This document shows positions 9,087 to 17,954 of a stretch of 64,000 bases of DNA, piece by piece (the stretch's first letter is position 1; every line of letters begins with the position of its first letter). The stretch is from Longimicrobiales bacterium (GTDB lineage: Bacteria > Gemmatimonadota > Gemmatimonadetes > Longimicrobiales > Gaopeijiaceae): the NCBI GenBank assembly GCA_965204735.1, contig OZ242008.1, forward strand, positions 128,001 through 192,000, in the 5' to 3' direction. Position numbers and translations under genes: made by a program. The notes below the pieces were generated by a model that ran no database searches, had not been told where the DNA came from, and saw only the letters and a list, made by a program, of their open reading frames with translations.

Positions 9087-9827
9087 ATGAACCAAACGGT
9101 AGACCAGGAATCCACCAGCTGGACGCCGCCGTATATCTCGTGGCGCCTTCTGATCCAGCTCGTCGAGCGCCTGGAGGGCAACCCGCCCCCACGCATCGAC
9201 ACAACGATCCTGGCGGGTTCCAGCCCGACGCGAGCACAGACGAAGCTGGCCCTGAAGTCCCTGGAACTCATCGATCAGGAGGGAGCCCTTACGGAGTCGT
9301 TCACGACGCTGATCGAGGCTGGGGGCAACCGCCCAGTAGTCGTCCGCTCCCTCCTCGAGCGCTTCTATCCGGGGCCGGTGAAGCTGGGCCGGGTCAACGG
9401 AACGCAACAGCAGCTCGAGGAAGAGTTCCGAGGCTACGGCGTGAGTGGGAGCACGGTTCGAAAGGCGATTTCGTTCTTCCTCAAGGCCGCCGAGTACGCT
9501 GAGCTTCCGACGGGTCCGCACTTCCGAGTGCCACCGGCTCCTCAACGATCGAAGAAGCGACCGCCTCCGAGCCTTTCGCGACCGTCAAAGTCCGAATCAG
9601 CAACGGTGGCACCCGTCCAGCATGACGTCGGGACAAGCCACGAACGACCGGAGACCGGCGAGACAACCGAGTCGATCGAGTTGTTGAAGGTCAAGTACAT
9701 CAGAATTCTGGTCGAGAGCGTGAGGCCCGACGCCGAATCGCCTGGGAAGTTCGATCCCGACGTCCTCGACCGGATCGAGCGTCTTCTGGGCTTCGGCTCC
9801 AAAGAGAAACAGGAGGGATCGCAGTGA
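9087..9827 (+). CDS. DUF5343 domain protein
   Basis: PPYISW...PPPRID...LALKSLELIDQEG.LT...TVRKAISFFLKAAEYA. AGGAGG RBS. Confidence 0.7.
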   Translation: MNQTVDQESTSWTPPYISWRLLIQLVERLEGNPPPRIDTTILAGSSPTRAQTKLALKSLELIDQEGALTESFTTLIEAGGNRPVVVRSLLERFYPGPVKLGRVNGTQQQLEEEFRGYGVSGSTVRKAISFFLKAAEYAELPTGPHFRVPPAPQRSKKRPPPSLSRPSKSESATVAPVQHDVGTSHERPETGETTESIELLKVKYIRILVESVRPDAESPGKFDPDVLDRIERLLGFGSKEKQEGSQ

Positions 9828-10255
9828 ACACTCCAGTTCGCATCGTCCACGATACCAACGTGCTGGTGTCCGCGCTCGTGCTGTCCCCCGACCGCGGGTT
9901 TCGGCTCCGGCAGCTCTGGCAGAGCGGCCGAGTCATCCCACTCGCAAGTCAACAGACGACGGACGAGCTTGTCCGGGTGCTGTCCTACGAGAAGTTTGCC
10001 CTGAAGCCTACGGAGCAGCAGGACATTCTGATGGAGTACTCGGGGTACTGGGAGGCAGTTGAAGTGTCGAATGCACCCCCGACACCAAATGTTCGCGATG
10101 TAGAAGACCGCCCGTTCCTGGAACTCGCCCTCGTGGGACGGGCCGATGCCCTGGTAACCGGCGACCGCGACCTCCTGAACCTCGTCCTAGCCTTCTCTGT
10201 AGTTATCCTTAGGCCTCAACAGTTTCGGGAATGGCTCCGACGACGAGGAGGGTAG
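9824..10255 (+). CDS. PIN-domain toxin (PIN_3 type)
   Basis: VHDTNVLVSAL...EL.RVL...RDVEDRPFLELA...LVTGDRDLL. Confidence 0.9.
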   Translation: MNTPVRIVHDTNVLVSALVLSPDRGFRLRQLWQSGRVIPLASQQTTDELVRVLSYEKFALKPTEQQDILMEYSGYWEAVEVSNAPPTPNVRDVEDRPFLELALVGRADALVTGDRDLLNLVLAFSVVILRPQQFREWLRRRGG

Positions 10256-10269
10256 GTTCGGTGCGGCCC

Positions 10270-10509
10270 TTAGCCGTCGTCTTGGGCGGCCGAACTGCGT
10301 GCCCACTCCACGGCATCTGCGACGTCATCCTCGGTGATGCCCATCTCGGCCAGCTTGGCGCGAACCGCAGCAGCGCGAACGACCTTGACGGGTGTCAAGA
10401 CGATGCGGTCGGCCTCCATGGCCACCTCGAGGTATTCCGTACCTTCGAGTCTGCCGATCACGGCCTCGGGCAACGTGAGTTGGTTGTCGGACGTTAGTCT
10501 GGCGAGCAT
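10270..10509 (-). CDS. AbrB/MazE/SpoVT family antitoxin
   Basis: MLARLTSDNQLTLPEAV...IVLTPV...GITEDDVADAVEWAR. Confidence 0.85.
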   Translation of the reverse strand: MLARLTSDNQLTLPEAVIGRLEGTEYLEVAMEADRIVLTPVKVVRAAAVRAKLAEMGITEDDVADAVEWARSSAAQDDG

Positions 10510-10678
10510 CAGTCTCGCTCCGGCTTCTCCAGGAAAAGGGGGATTGACGAAGATAACCACTGGGTCCCGCTGGTCGCAAGCTCTTGCCCTGGAGACTAGA
10601 GCAGAGTAGGCTTTCCGAGGCCTGCTGGCAGGCCCGACCAGCCGGGACTATGCTGGAGCACCCGTCGGGCAGGACGAA

Positions 10679-10924
10679 ATGGACATGCTATCAGGATTCG
10701 GAATAGGGGAACTTGTCTTGGTCTCCTTGGCAGCCATCCCGTACCTGTTGATTGCCGCGGCCATCGTGGCGGTCGTCGTCAAGACGCTCAAGATCGCGAA
10801 GGCGGTTGACGAGATATCGAGTTCCATGAGGGTGGCCAACAGGCAGCTTCAGAAGATCACGGACGCCCTTGGGGAGCAAGCAACGCGGCAGAGTACGGAA
10901 CAGGAGCAGCCAGAGTCAGAGTAG
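10679..10924 (+). CDS. small membrane protein
   Basis: GFGIGELVLV followed by a hydrophobic helix and a short coiled tail. Confidence 0.55.
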   Translation: MDMLSGFGIGELVLVSLAAIPYLLIAAAIVAVVVKTLKIAKAVDEISSSMRVANRQLQKITDALGEQATRQSTEQEQPESE

Positions 10925-10986
10925 GGCACTAGCCGCCGCGACTCGGTGGCCCCCGCTGAACGCCGCTTGGCTTGCACCGATTCGGC

Positions 10987-11200
10987 AGTCCCGGAGGTCC
11001 GGCCGTGGCCGCCTGCCCCAGCACTGCCTGCCTGCTGGCTCCCGGATGCTCGCGTTCGTTCGCAAACGGAAGCGCCATGGTTGCCCACGGTGGTGCTTCG
11101 GCGGAGGAGGTCGTCGTGCGGCCCGTCGTGCCCGTCCAGGAGCCCTTCGACCAGCCAGGTCTCTCCCTTCCCGTGCGTCCTACGTGACGGCCTTGCAGCC
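10987..11200 (+). repeat. degenerate chimeric copy of the pglZ 3' end (7782-7925) joined to a brxA 3' part (8646-8733)
   Basis: gcgttcgttcgcaa...gcccacggtggtgcttcggcggaggaggtcgtcgtgc matches pglZ, then cccgtccaggag...gtcctacgtgacggcc matches brxA. The ~720 nt between them are missing. Confidence 0.85.
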
Positions 11201-11281
11201 AGCGGGACCTGGGGCCATGTTCCACCCCTGCTGTTCGATGTCCAGTCTGACGCCAGCAAGTCCGATCGAGGAGGCTGACCG

Positions 11282-11716
11282 TTGATTGACTATCTTCACC
11301 GCTACGACCTCGCGATCTTCGCGTACCAGCAGCCGGCGAAGCCTCTGGCGCTGTGGGCGAACAGCACGCTGGGCTTGATGAGCTTCTGGTGGATCGGGAC
11401 ACGACAACAGCGAGGGCGGGCCATGTTGCAGGTGACCCGTCTCCCCGAGCTGCTCGCTCTCGACTGCCGCGCGCTCACGGCCGGCCAGATCGCCTGGGCG
11501 AACGACATCTTCGACGCCTGCGCGCCGCGCGACCTCCTGCCGGCGAACGAGGCCTACCGAGACCCCGTCCGCCAGGAGCTCGACGCCGCGATCCTCTGCG
11601 ACCTGCTGGGCCTCCCCGAGAGCATCCTCGAGCCGCTGCGGACGCTCCGGCTGGCATGGTGCGAAGAACCCACGGTCCACGGCGGGAAGTCGACGCGGCC
11701 GGGGGGAACGAGATGA
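11282..11716 (+). pseudogene. C-terminal fragment of a large restriction-modification (Type IIG-like methyltransferase) protein
   Basis: LALWANSTLGL..FWW.GTRQQRGR...LLPANEAYRDPVRQELD...WCEEPTVHGG resembles C-termini of large N6-MTase/REase proteins. No MTase motifs remain. Confidence 0.5.
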
Positions 11717-12888
11717 TGACAAATGTGGCAATGGATCGACAGACTGCAGCTGATCTGGAGGATCTGACTCTGAAAATAGAAATGAAAATGCGTGGCATGT
11801 ACTCTCTCTTTCAACGTCGTGGGGCTCGTGACGGAAGTCAGACCTTTTGGCTTCCTGACGACTTCTCGCCAGAAGACGGACACAGAATGATGCTTGTGGC
11901 TGAGGAGCTTAGCCTTGATCTGTGGAGAGTTCTTGATGACGGGAAGGTGGATTCAACGTCGCGGGGCCGTAAGGATCTCCGATCGCTTATTTCGAATATT
12001 AGACTGCCGCGCCTCTATCCCAATAAAAGCAGGTGCAGGTTGTCGACTATCTGTAAGGGAGACACGAATGATCATGTGACCCTGGGAGATGTCTTTGTCG
12101 ATCTACCTTATACGAAAGGAGTTGGAGACAACGCCGATTCCTTTCCATCTTCTCATGAAAAGGGACTCTTCATCGGCAGACATATAAACGAAAGAACGAG
12201 CAACCTTTTGCCAATTGGGGACTGGCTCAACCAACGACTCATGACTATCTGGATGCCTCATGGGTCGCCGGTAGAAACCTTTGCAGGGGATGAAAAGGAG
12301 ATAACGGTGAAGGATGTGGTGAGTATTGTTCGACACCAACGAGCAGCTCACATGCCTAAAAGGCACGAGAAACCCTTGGAATTCTACTTTCGCAGAGTTC
12401 CAAGGTTGCGACTTTACCTGAGGCATTTCATACTGACGACAGTGCTGAATGTGTGGCTTGAGATGGTGTTTCTCTGCAAGTCCCTAAACAGTCCATTCAC
12501 CTTCCTTACGCCTGCTTCGCTAGATTTCAAGGTGGAGTTGTTGCCTGTCGTCAGTCGCTTTACCTGCATGAAGAAAAACGTCACCCCTGATGGTGGTGCT
12601 CTAATCAATACGCTTGAGGATGTCTATTCGACATACACACCTCCGCCTTTGGTCTTCTTCGTAGGTTACTCAAAAGCCCTTGACGCTATCAAGAGTCAGT
12701 ATCCTACATGGCTCGGTGGAGAACCAATGCAGACATCCAAACTTACTCTAGACAATATTGGCAAAACCATACAGTGGACCTTCAACAATAAGGCTTTGGA
12801 CCGGATTCCGACATCAAGGGTTTTGGATCTACAACAAACCCAAATCGGAGTGGCTTACCCAGAATGGATGGGAAAGGAGAAAAAATGA
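11713..12888 (+). CDS. hypothetical low-GC protein, possible divergent HEPN (Rx5H)
   Basis: ATGA-coupled start, AT-rich coding sequence. Contains WLNQRL...ITVKDVVSIVRHQRAAH. Confidence 0.6.
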   Translation: MMTNVAMDRQTAADLEDLTLKIEMKMRGMYSLFQRRGARDGSQTFWLPDDFSPEDGHRMMLVAEELSLDLWRVLDDGKVDSTSRGRKDLRSLISNIRLPRLYPNKSRCRLSTICKGDTNDHVTLGDVFVDLPYTKGVGDNADSFPSSHEKGLFIGRHINERTSNLLPIGDWLNQRLMTIWMPHGSPVETFAGDEKEITVKDVVSIVRHQRAAHMPKRHEKPLEFYFRRVPRLRLYLRHFILTTVLNVWLEMVFLCKSLNSPFTFLTPASLDFKVELLPVVSRFTCMKKNVTPDGGALINTLEDVYSTYTPPPLVFFVGYSKALDAIKSQYPTWLGGEPMQTSKLTLDNIGKTIQWTFNNKALDRIPTSRVLDLQQTQIGVAYPEWMGKEKK

Positions 12889-13096
12889 CTCCCCGCGACG
12901 TCGTGCGCCATTTGAGGGCCAAGCGGCCGTGGACCGATATCGACATGGACGCGTTGGGTGCGGCAATCGTTTCTTCGTGCGCTCGACATCGTCGACCCCG
13001 ACCTCGCTTCCGTGGCCGCCCTTCCAGTGGCGACGCTCGGCAATGTCTGGTGGTCCCACCCCCTTTCGCTCAGTCTTCGCACGTCCTCGGCTAGCA

Positions 13097-14329
13097 ATGA
13101 CCGCACACGACGACCGACGGTTCCTTACCCGAGTTGTGCTGCGCAACTACAAGAGCATCGCAGCGGCCGACGTTTCTCCTTCCCAAGTCTCGTTCCTAGT
13201 CGGACCCAACGGCTCCGGGAAGAGCAACTTCCTTGATGCGCTGCGCTTCGTGGCGGAGTCGTTGCGAACGACGATGGATCACGCGATCCGCGAGCGAGGA
13301 GGGATCAACGAAGTCCGGCGATGGTCCAGAGGCCATCCCAGTCACTTTGGAATTCGCATCGACTTCCGTTCAGGGCAGTTTCGGGGTCACTATGCGTTCA
13401 CGGTGGGAGCGAAGGCGGGCGGCGACTATGAGGTTCGGAAAGAAGAATGCTACATCAAGACGATCGAAGACGGCCCTAGCCACGACTACTACCACGTGCA
13501 AGGCGGCAAAGTCAAGCAGAGCACGCTTCAAGTGCGCCCCCGCGCTCATCCTCGCCGTCTGTACCTAGTTGCGGCATCTGGGACCGAACCCTTTGGACAC
13601 CTGTATGACGCACTTCTTGAAATGGGGTTCTACAACCTGATCCCGGAGGTCATTCGGAGCCTCCAGCCGCCGGGACCAGGCGATCTCTTGGCAAGGGACG
13701 GCAGGAACGCGGCCAGCGTCTTGGCCAACTTGGCAGCGCGTTCCCCGATGTTCAAGAAACGTATTGAGGACTACCTTGGCCGCATCGTGCCGGGCGTGGT
13801 CGGCGTGGAACGAGTGGTGGCGAGGGACAGGGAAACGCTTGAGTTCGACCAGAAAGTTAAGGGAGCACAACACCCGTGGCGGTTCGGCGCAACCAACATG
13901 TCCGACGGCACACTACGCGCTTTCGGAGTCCTGCTGGCGCTCTTTCAGAGCGGGCGAGATGGGATTGGCTTGGCGCAACCCTTTATTGGGATCGAAGAAC
14001 CCGAGCTGGTAGTACATCCAGCTGCTACGGCTGTGCTGCTGGATGCGCTTCGAGAGACAGCCCAGCACTCTCAGGTGTTGGTCACCAGTCACAGTGCCGA
14101 TCTTCTCGACAATGAAGGGACCACCGCCGAGTCGGTGCTCGCGGCGTTCGCCGACGATGGGGTCACACGCATTGGTCCGCTGGACGAGGCCGGACGTTCG
14201 GCGCTCCACGAGGGACTCTTCACCGCTGGTGAGCTCCTTCGCGTGGACCAGCTGATACCGGACCCGAACAGCACAAACCTGCTGCCGCAACAGCTCCAGT
14301 TGTTTGGATCCGGTGACCGGACTGGATGA
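13097..14329 (+). CDS. ABC-type AAA ATPase (AAA_21/AAA_15-like)
   Basis: LRNYKSI, Walker A GPNGSGKS, signature MSDGT, Walker B IEEPE, H-loop TSHS. Confidence 0.9.
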   Translation: MTAHDDRRFLTRVVLRNYKSIAAADVSPSQVSFLVGPNGSGKSNFLDALRFVAESLRTTMDHAIRERGGINEVRRWSRGHPSHFGIRIDFRSGQFRGHYAFTVGAKAGGDYEVRKEECYIKTIEDGPSHDYYHVQGGKVKQSTLQVRPRAHPRRLYLVAASGTEPFGHLYDALLEMGFYNLIPEVIRSLQPPGPGDLLARDGRNAASVLANLAARSPMFKKRIEDYLGRIVPGVVGVERVVARDRETLEFDQKVKGAQHPWRFGATNMSDGTLRAFGVLLALFQSGRDGIGLAQPFIGIEEPELVVHPAATAVLLDALRETAQHSQVLVTSHSADLLDNEGTTAESVLAAFADDGVTRIGPLDEAGRSALHEGLFTAGELLRVDQLIPDPNSTNLLPQQLQLFGSGDRTG

Positions 14330-14437
14330 TCACGATCGATTCCATATTCGAAGGTCTTCGACATGGGCGTCGCCCGCAAGCGAGCGCCCTCGTTCGACAA
14401 GCTGTACCGCGCCGTGGAGTCGCTGCTGGTGGATTGA
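14326..14437 (+). pseudogene. DUF4276 (TOPRIM-like) partner gene with internal deletion
   Basis: Start MITIDSIFEG is joined out of frame to the C-terminus FDMGVARKRAPSFDKLYRAVESLLVD*. Confidence 0.65.
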
Positions 14438-14543
14438 CAGGGCCGGGTGGGCTTCACCCGCCGGAAGCTTGCCGCCCACCGCGAGAAGTAGTACGATTCC
14501 CCAGAGATCGGTCTTGTCCCTGCACTAAGGAGAGGTCCGCGAC

Positions 14544-15749
14544 ATGATCGCCGAATCAAGTCCATTTGCTCCCGGAGCGCCTGTTCCAGTCGAATACTTT
14601 GTGGGGCGCCGGGGCGAAATCGAGCATGTCCGCGGCTTGGTGCGAGCCGCGAGGGACGGCCGGACCAGGGTGGGCTTTGTCAGCGGGGAGCGCGGCATCG
14701 GCAAGAGTTCCTTGGCGGGATTTGTTCGGTGGATCGCCGAACGCCATGACGGAGTGGTCGGCTGTCACGTCTACTTGGGCGGCGTGCAAACCCTGGAGGG
14801 GGTGCTGCAACGGGTTTTCGACCGCCTGCTGAAGGACAGCATCGAACGCCCATGGCACCAGCAGATGCGCGATTCTCTGGGCGACCGTGTTCGCAGGGTC
14901 GGCCTCTTCGGGGCCACCCTCGAGCTGCGGCTCGACAGCGACGACCTGCAAGTCGTCGAGCGCAACTTCGCCCATTCGATTCGGGATTTTCTCAAGAAGA
15001 CGGGGAAGAAGAAGACTCTCCTGATGATTCTCGACGACGTCAACGGAGTGGCCAGTTCGGTGCAGTTCGCCAACTGGCTCAAGAGCACCGTGGACGAAAT
15101 TGCCACGTCGCGGCACCAGACGCGACTGTGCGTGCTGATGGTCGGCCTGGACGACAGACGGCGGCAAATGATCGCCGGGCAACCTTCCCTGGCGCGCGTC
15201 TTCGAGCTGGTGAAGATCGCTCCATGGTCGGCCGCCGAGGTCGAAGAGTTCTACCGGCAGTCGTTTCGTTCCTCTGGTGCGGACGTCTCTCCCCGAGACT
15301 TGGACTTGCTGGTGGACTTCACGGGCGGACTTCCCGTCTTGGCTCACGAAATCGGCGACGCGGTCTGGCGCGTCGCCCGGACTCCGGCGCTCGCGCGGAG
15401 CGACATCGCGACGGGCATTGTGCTGGCCGCCGCAACCGTGGGCAGCAAGTACTTGGGACCCCAAGTCTTGGCCGCAACCCGCAGCGCTCGCTATCGGTCG
15501 ATCCTTGAAGACATCGCGCAACACCTGGACGTTCGTTTCACCCGGACCGAGATCATCCAGCACATTGCGCACGACGACCGGACGGTGCTGGACAACTTCC
15601 TGCGCCGAATGAGACAGCTGGGCGTGCTGGAGGCGGTCCCCGGGACTCGCGGCGAGTACCACTTCCCGAACCGTCTCTCCCGGCTGTACTTCCGGATGTC
15701 GGCCAAGTCGGCGCCCGTTGTCGGAAGCAATCGCCAGAGCCTGCGATGA
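14544..15749 (+). CDS. P-loop NTPase (AAA_16/STAND-like) with C-terminal winged helix
   Basis: SPFAPG.PV...FVGR, Walker A GERGIGKSS, Walker B LMILDD, GGLP motif, and tail LDNFLRRMRQLGVL...GEYHF. Confidence 0.85.
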   Translation: MIAESSPFAPGAPVPVEYFVGRRGEIEHVRGLVRAARDGRTRVGFVSGERGIGKSSLAGFVRWIAERHDGVVGCHVYLGGVQTLEGVLQRVFDRLLKDSIERPWHQQMRDSLGDRVRRVGLFGATLELRLDSDDLQVVERNFAHSIRDFLKKTGKKKTLLMILDDVNGVASSVQFANWLKSTVDEIATSRHQTRLCVLMVGLDDRRRQMIAGQPSLARVFELVKIAPWSAAEVEEFYRQSFRSSGADVSPRDLDLLVDFTGGLPVLAHEIGDAVWRVARTPALARSDIATGIVLAAATVGSKYLGPQVLAATRSARYRSILEDIAQHLDVRFTRTEIIQHIAHDDRTVLDNFLRRMRQLGVLEAVPGTRGEYHFPNRLSRLYFRMSAKSAPVVGSNRQSLR

Positions 15750-15940
15750 TGCGTCCGGGGCCTGCGGGAAGGCGGGTCTGCGGCTCCGAGAGCTGGAGGT
15801 CCGCGGGCCCCGAGGGCTGGAGCAGTGGCGGGAGCACGGCGCTTGCCGATCACGCCGCTTGACGACACGACATCTGCCGATTACGCTGGTAACCATACCC
15901 CGCGACTCCCGTTTCGATCCGACCTCAGCCGGAACCCCCA

Positions 15941-16507
15941 ATGCCTCCGAAGCAAAAGACCTATCAGCTCCGCATCGCCCTGGAAGGCGCCCGGCCGCCC
16001 ATCTGGCGACGACTTCTCGTCCCGAACTCGATCAGATTGGCCGAGCTCCACGGCGTCCTGCAGATCGTCATGGGGTGGTACGACTGCCACCTGCACAGCT
16101 TCGTCAAGGGCGATCGGCAGTACCAAATGCCGAACCCCTGGCGCGATTTGTTGGACTCCCACTGGCTGGACGAAAGGAAGTATCATCTTGACCAGCTGCT
16201 GACCAGGCCGAAGGACTGGATGAGGTACGTGTACGACTTCGGCGACAACTGGCGTCACAAGGTCACGCTGCAGAAGGTCCTGCCTGTCGACCCGAAGCAA
16301 CCGTTGCCGTTCTGCTTGTCCGGCAAGCGTCGGTGCCCTCCCGAGGACTGCGGCGGGCTGGGCGGCTACTACAACATGCTGGAGGCCGTGGCCGACCCGA
16401 CGCACGAGGAACACGAAATGTACTCCGAGTGGCTTGTCGACGACTTCGACCCGGAAGAGTTCGACGTGGACGACGTGAACGACGCACTGGAGATCGGCTA
16501 CCACTAG
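15941..16507 (+). CDS. plasmid pRiA4b ORF-3 family protein
   Basis: YQLRIAL...PPIWRRLLVP...LHGVLQIVMGW...HLHSF...YVYDFGDNWRH...CPPEDCGG. Confidence 0.9.
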   Translation: MPPKQKTYQLRIALEGARPPIWRRLLVPNSIRLAELHGVLQIVMGWYDCHLHSFVKGDRQYQMPNPWRDLLDSHWLDERKYHLDQLLTRPKDWMRYVYDFGDNWRHKVTLQKVLPVDPKQPLPFCLSGKRRCPPEDCGGLGGYYNMLEAVADPTHEEHEMYSEWLVDDFDPEEFDVDDVNDALEIGYH

Positions 16508-16576
16508 CGAACCAAAGACCGAACGGAGCCGCCGAACCACACGAGGTCGAGGAGCGCCCCGGGCGGCGAGTCCCTA

Positions 16577-17062
16577 CTACAGCTCCGCCACCCGCAGCAT
16601 CCGCAGCCCGGGCGTCTCGGGCATCTCACGGTCGGCGGTCAGGAAGTAGCCGCAGCCGCTCGAGAGCGCCGTGCCGAGGTGCACCGCCGCGGGCGTCGGA
16701 ACCGACGACGTGGCACGCAGCCGGCCCGCTTCCCGCACGACGGCCCGGCCCACGTCGATCAGCTCAAGCCCAGGCGAGGCGGCCAGCGCGGCGGCGCACC
16801 GCTCGGCGAACCGCCAGCGCCCGAGCCGGTACGGCGCCACCAGGACGTCCATGAGCGCGAGGACGGACGCGACCAAGCGGAGTTCGCGCCGGTCCGCCAT
16901 CTCGAACACGGGCGCGACACGCGGAGCGACCTCGGGGTCGTCTGCGACCCACCCGACCAGCACCGTGCCGTCCACGCAGACCCTCTGGCCGGCAAGCCGA
17001 CCAGCGCCGGACGCCAGCCCGGCGACGCCCCCACCGTCCCGCTGGGTCAGCTCACTCGCCAT
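16577..17062 (-). CDS. VapC-like PIN-domain toxin
   Basis: VCVDGTVLV...A.RLRA...TPAAVHLGTAL..GC.YFLTAD. Some acidic residues look substituted. Overlaps the antitoxin stop. Confidence 0.75.
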   Translation of the reverse strand: MASELTQRDGGGVAGLASGAGRLAGQRVCVDGTVLVGWVADDPEVAPRVAPVFEMADRRELRLVASVLALMDVLVAPYRLGRWRFAERCAAALAASPGLELIDVGRAVVREAGRLRATSSVPTPAAVHLGTALSSGCGYFLTADREMPETPGLRMLRVAEL

Positions 17063-17354
17063 CGTCCGGGACCGCCCGCTCGCGCCTCGCGCCTTGGACC
17101 TCATCCTCCTTCCAGCCATCAGAACGGCTCTGGACCGACGTTCCGACATCCTGCGTCGGCCGTCCCTCGGCCTCTGCCCACAGCTCTTGGCCAAGGCCCC
17201 GAATCTGCTGGAGCGACGGCGGCTGTCCCTGCTGGATCGCCCGCTCGAGCAGGAAAGTGACGTGCCCCGAAAGCGACCGGTGATGGCGGTCGGCGTCGTC
17301 TTGGAGCTCTCCGTAAAGCTTGTCCGGGAACCCCTTGATGCTCAGCGTGGCCAC
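17052..17354 (-). CDS. FitA/Arc-like ribbon-helix-helix antitoxin
   Basis: MATLSIKGFPDKLYGELQDDADRHHRSLSGHVTFLLERA. GGAGG RBS. Confidence 0.8.
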   Translation of the reverse strand: MATLSIKGFPDKLYGELQDDADRHHRSLSGHVTFLLERAIQQGQPPSLQQIRGLGQELWAEAEGRPTQDVGTSVQSRSDGWKEDEVQGARRERAVPDDGE

Positions 17355-17368
17355 GACGTGTTCCTCCG

Positions 17369-17467
17369 TTTTGGTGGTGTTTTGGTAGTATTTTGGAGGC
17401 ATACTGGTAGCATTTCGCCACCGTTTCGCATCCAAGACGCTACCATTTTGGTAGCAGAATGGTAGTA
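17369..17467 (-). promoter_or_regulatory. putative operator array of the RHH antitoxin
   Basis: Four 11-nt-period repeats (ttttggtggtg, ttttggtagta, ttttggaggca, tactggtagca) plus palindrome GCTACCA-TTT-TGGTAGC at 17439-17455. Confidence 0.6.
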
Positions 17468-17569
17468 CTCTACCGAAAGAAGGTGCAAGGTGCAAGCACC
17501 GACCAAGGGGGTTGCGCGCGAAGACCAGGGGGCAGCGCGCAAGGCGCCGGCCAAGCAGCCGCGGCCAGC

Positions 17570-17602
17570 TTGACACCTCGCCCTCCGCCGCCCCATGGTA
17601 AT
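17570..17602 (+). promoter_or_regulatory. putative promoter of the cold-shock gene
   Basis: Perfect TTGACA at 17570 with a weak -10 region (catggtaat). Confidence 0.4.
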
Positions 17603-17686
17603 CGCCACGGCGCGAACGGCCGGCCTCTCCGAACGGAGGCCCGCTGGGCAGGAGCGTTTCCCCACCAGAACTGGAGGACGGCAGGT

Positions 17687-17887
17687 ATGGCCAAAGGGAC
17701 GGTCAAGTGGTTCAACGACTCGAGAGGCTACGGCTTCATCTCCCAGTCGTCGGGCGAAGACGTCTTCGTCCACTTCACCTCGATCGAGGGATCGGGCTTC
17801 CGGACCCTCTCCGAGGGCGAGGAAGTCGAGTTCGAGGTCAAGGAAACGGAGCGGGGCGTCCAAGCGGCCAACGTGATCCGCGCCTGA
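17687..17887 (+). CDS. cspA: cold-shock protein
   Basis: [15 protein letters not shown]...DVFVHF (RNP1 and RNP2). Confidence 0.95.
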   Translation: MAKGTVKWFNDSRGYGFISQSSGEDVFVHFTSIEGSGFRTLSEGEEVEFEVKETERGVQAANVIRA

Positions 17888-17954
17888 CCCCGACCGTCCG
17901 CAGGGGGGACGCTCAGCCAGCGCCCGCGCTCGCGGGGCGTTCCTTCCCCAAACC

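Noticed and set aside
12885..13096. small ORF between the low-GC gene and the ATPase
   Set aside because: Looks like a frameshifted remnant, but I cannot assign a family.
17369..17467. possible iteron origin or mini-CRISPR
   Set aside because: Repeats are only 11 nt, there is no rep gene, and the position fits a TA operator.
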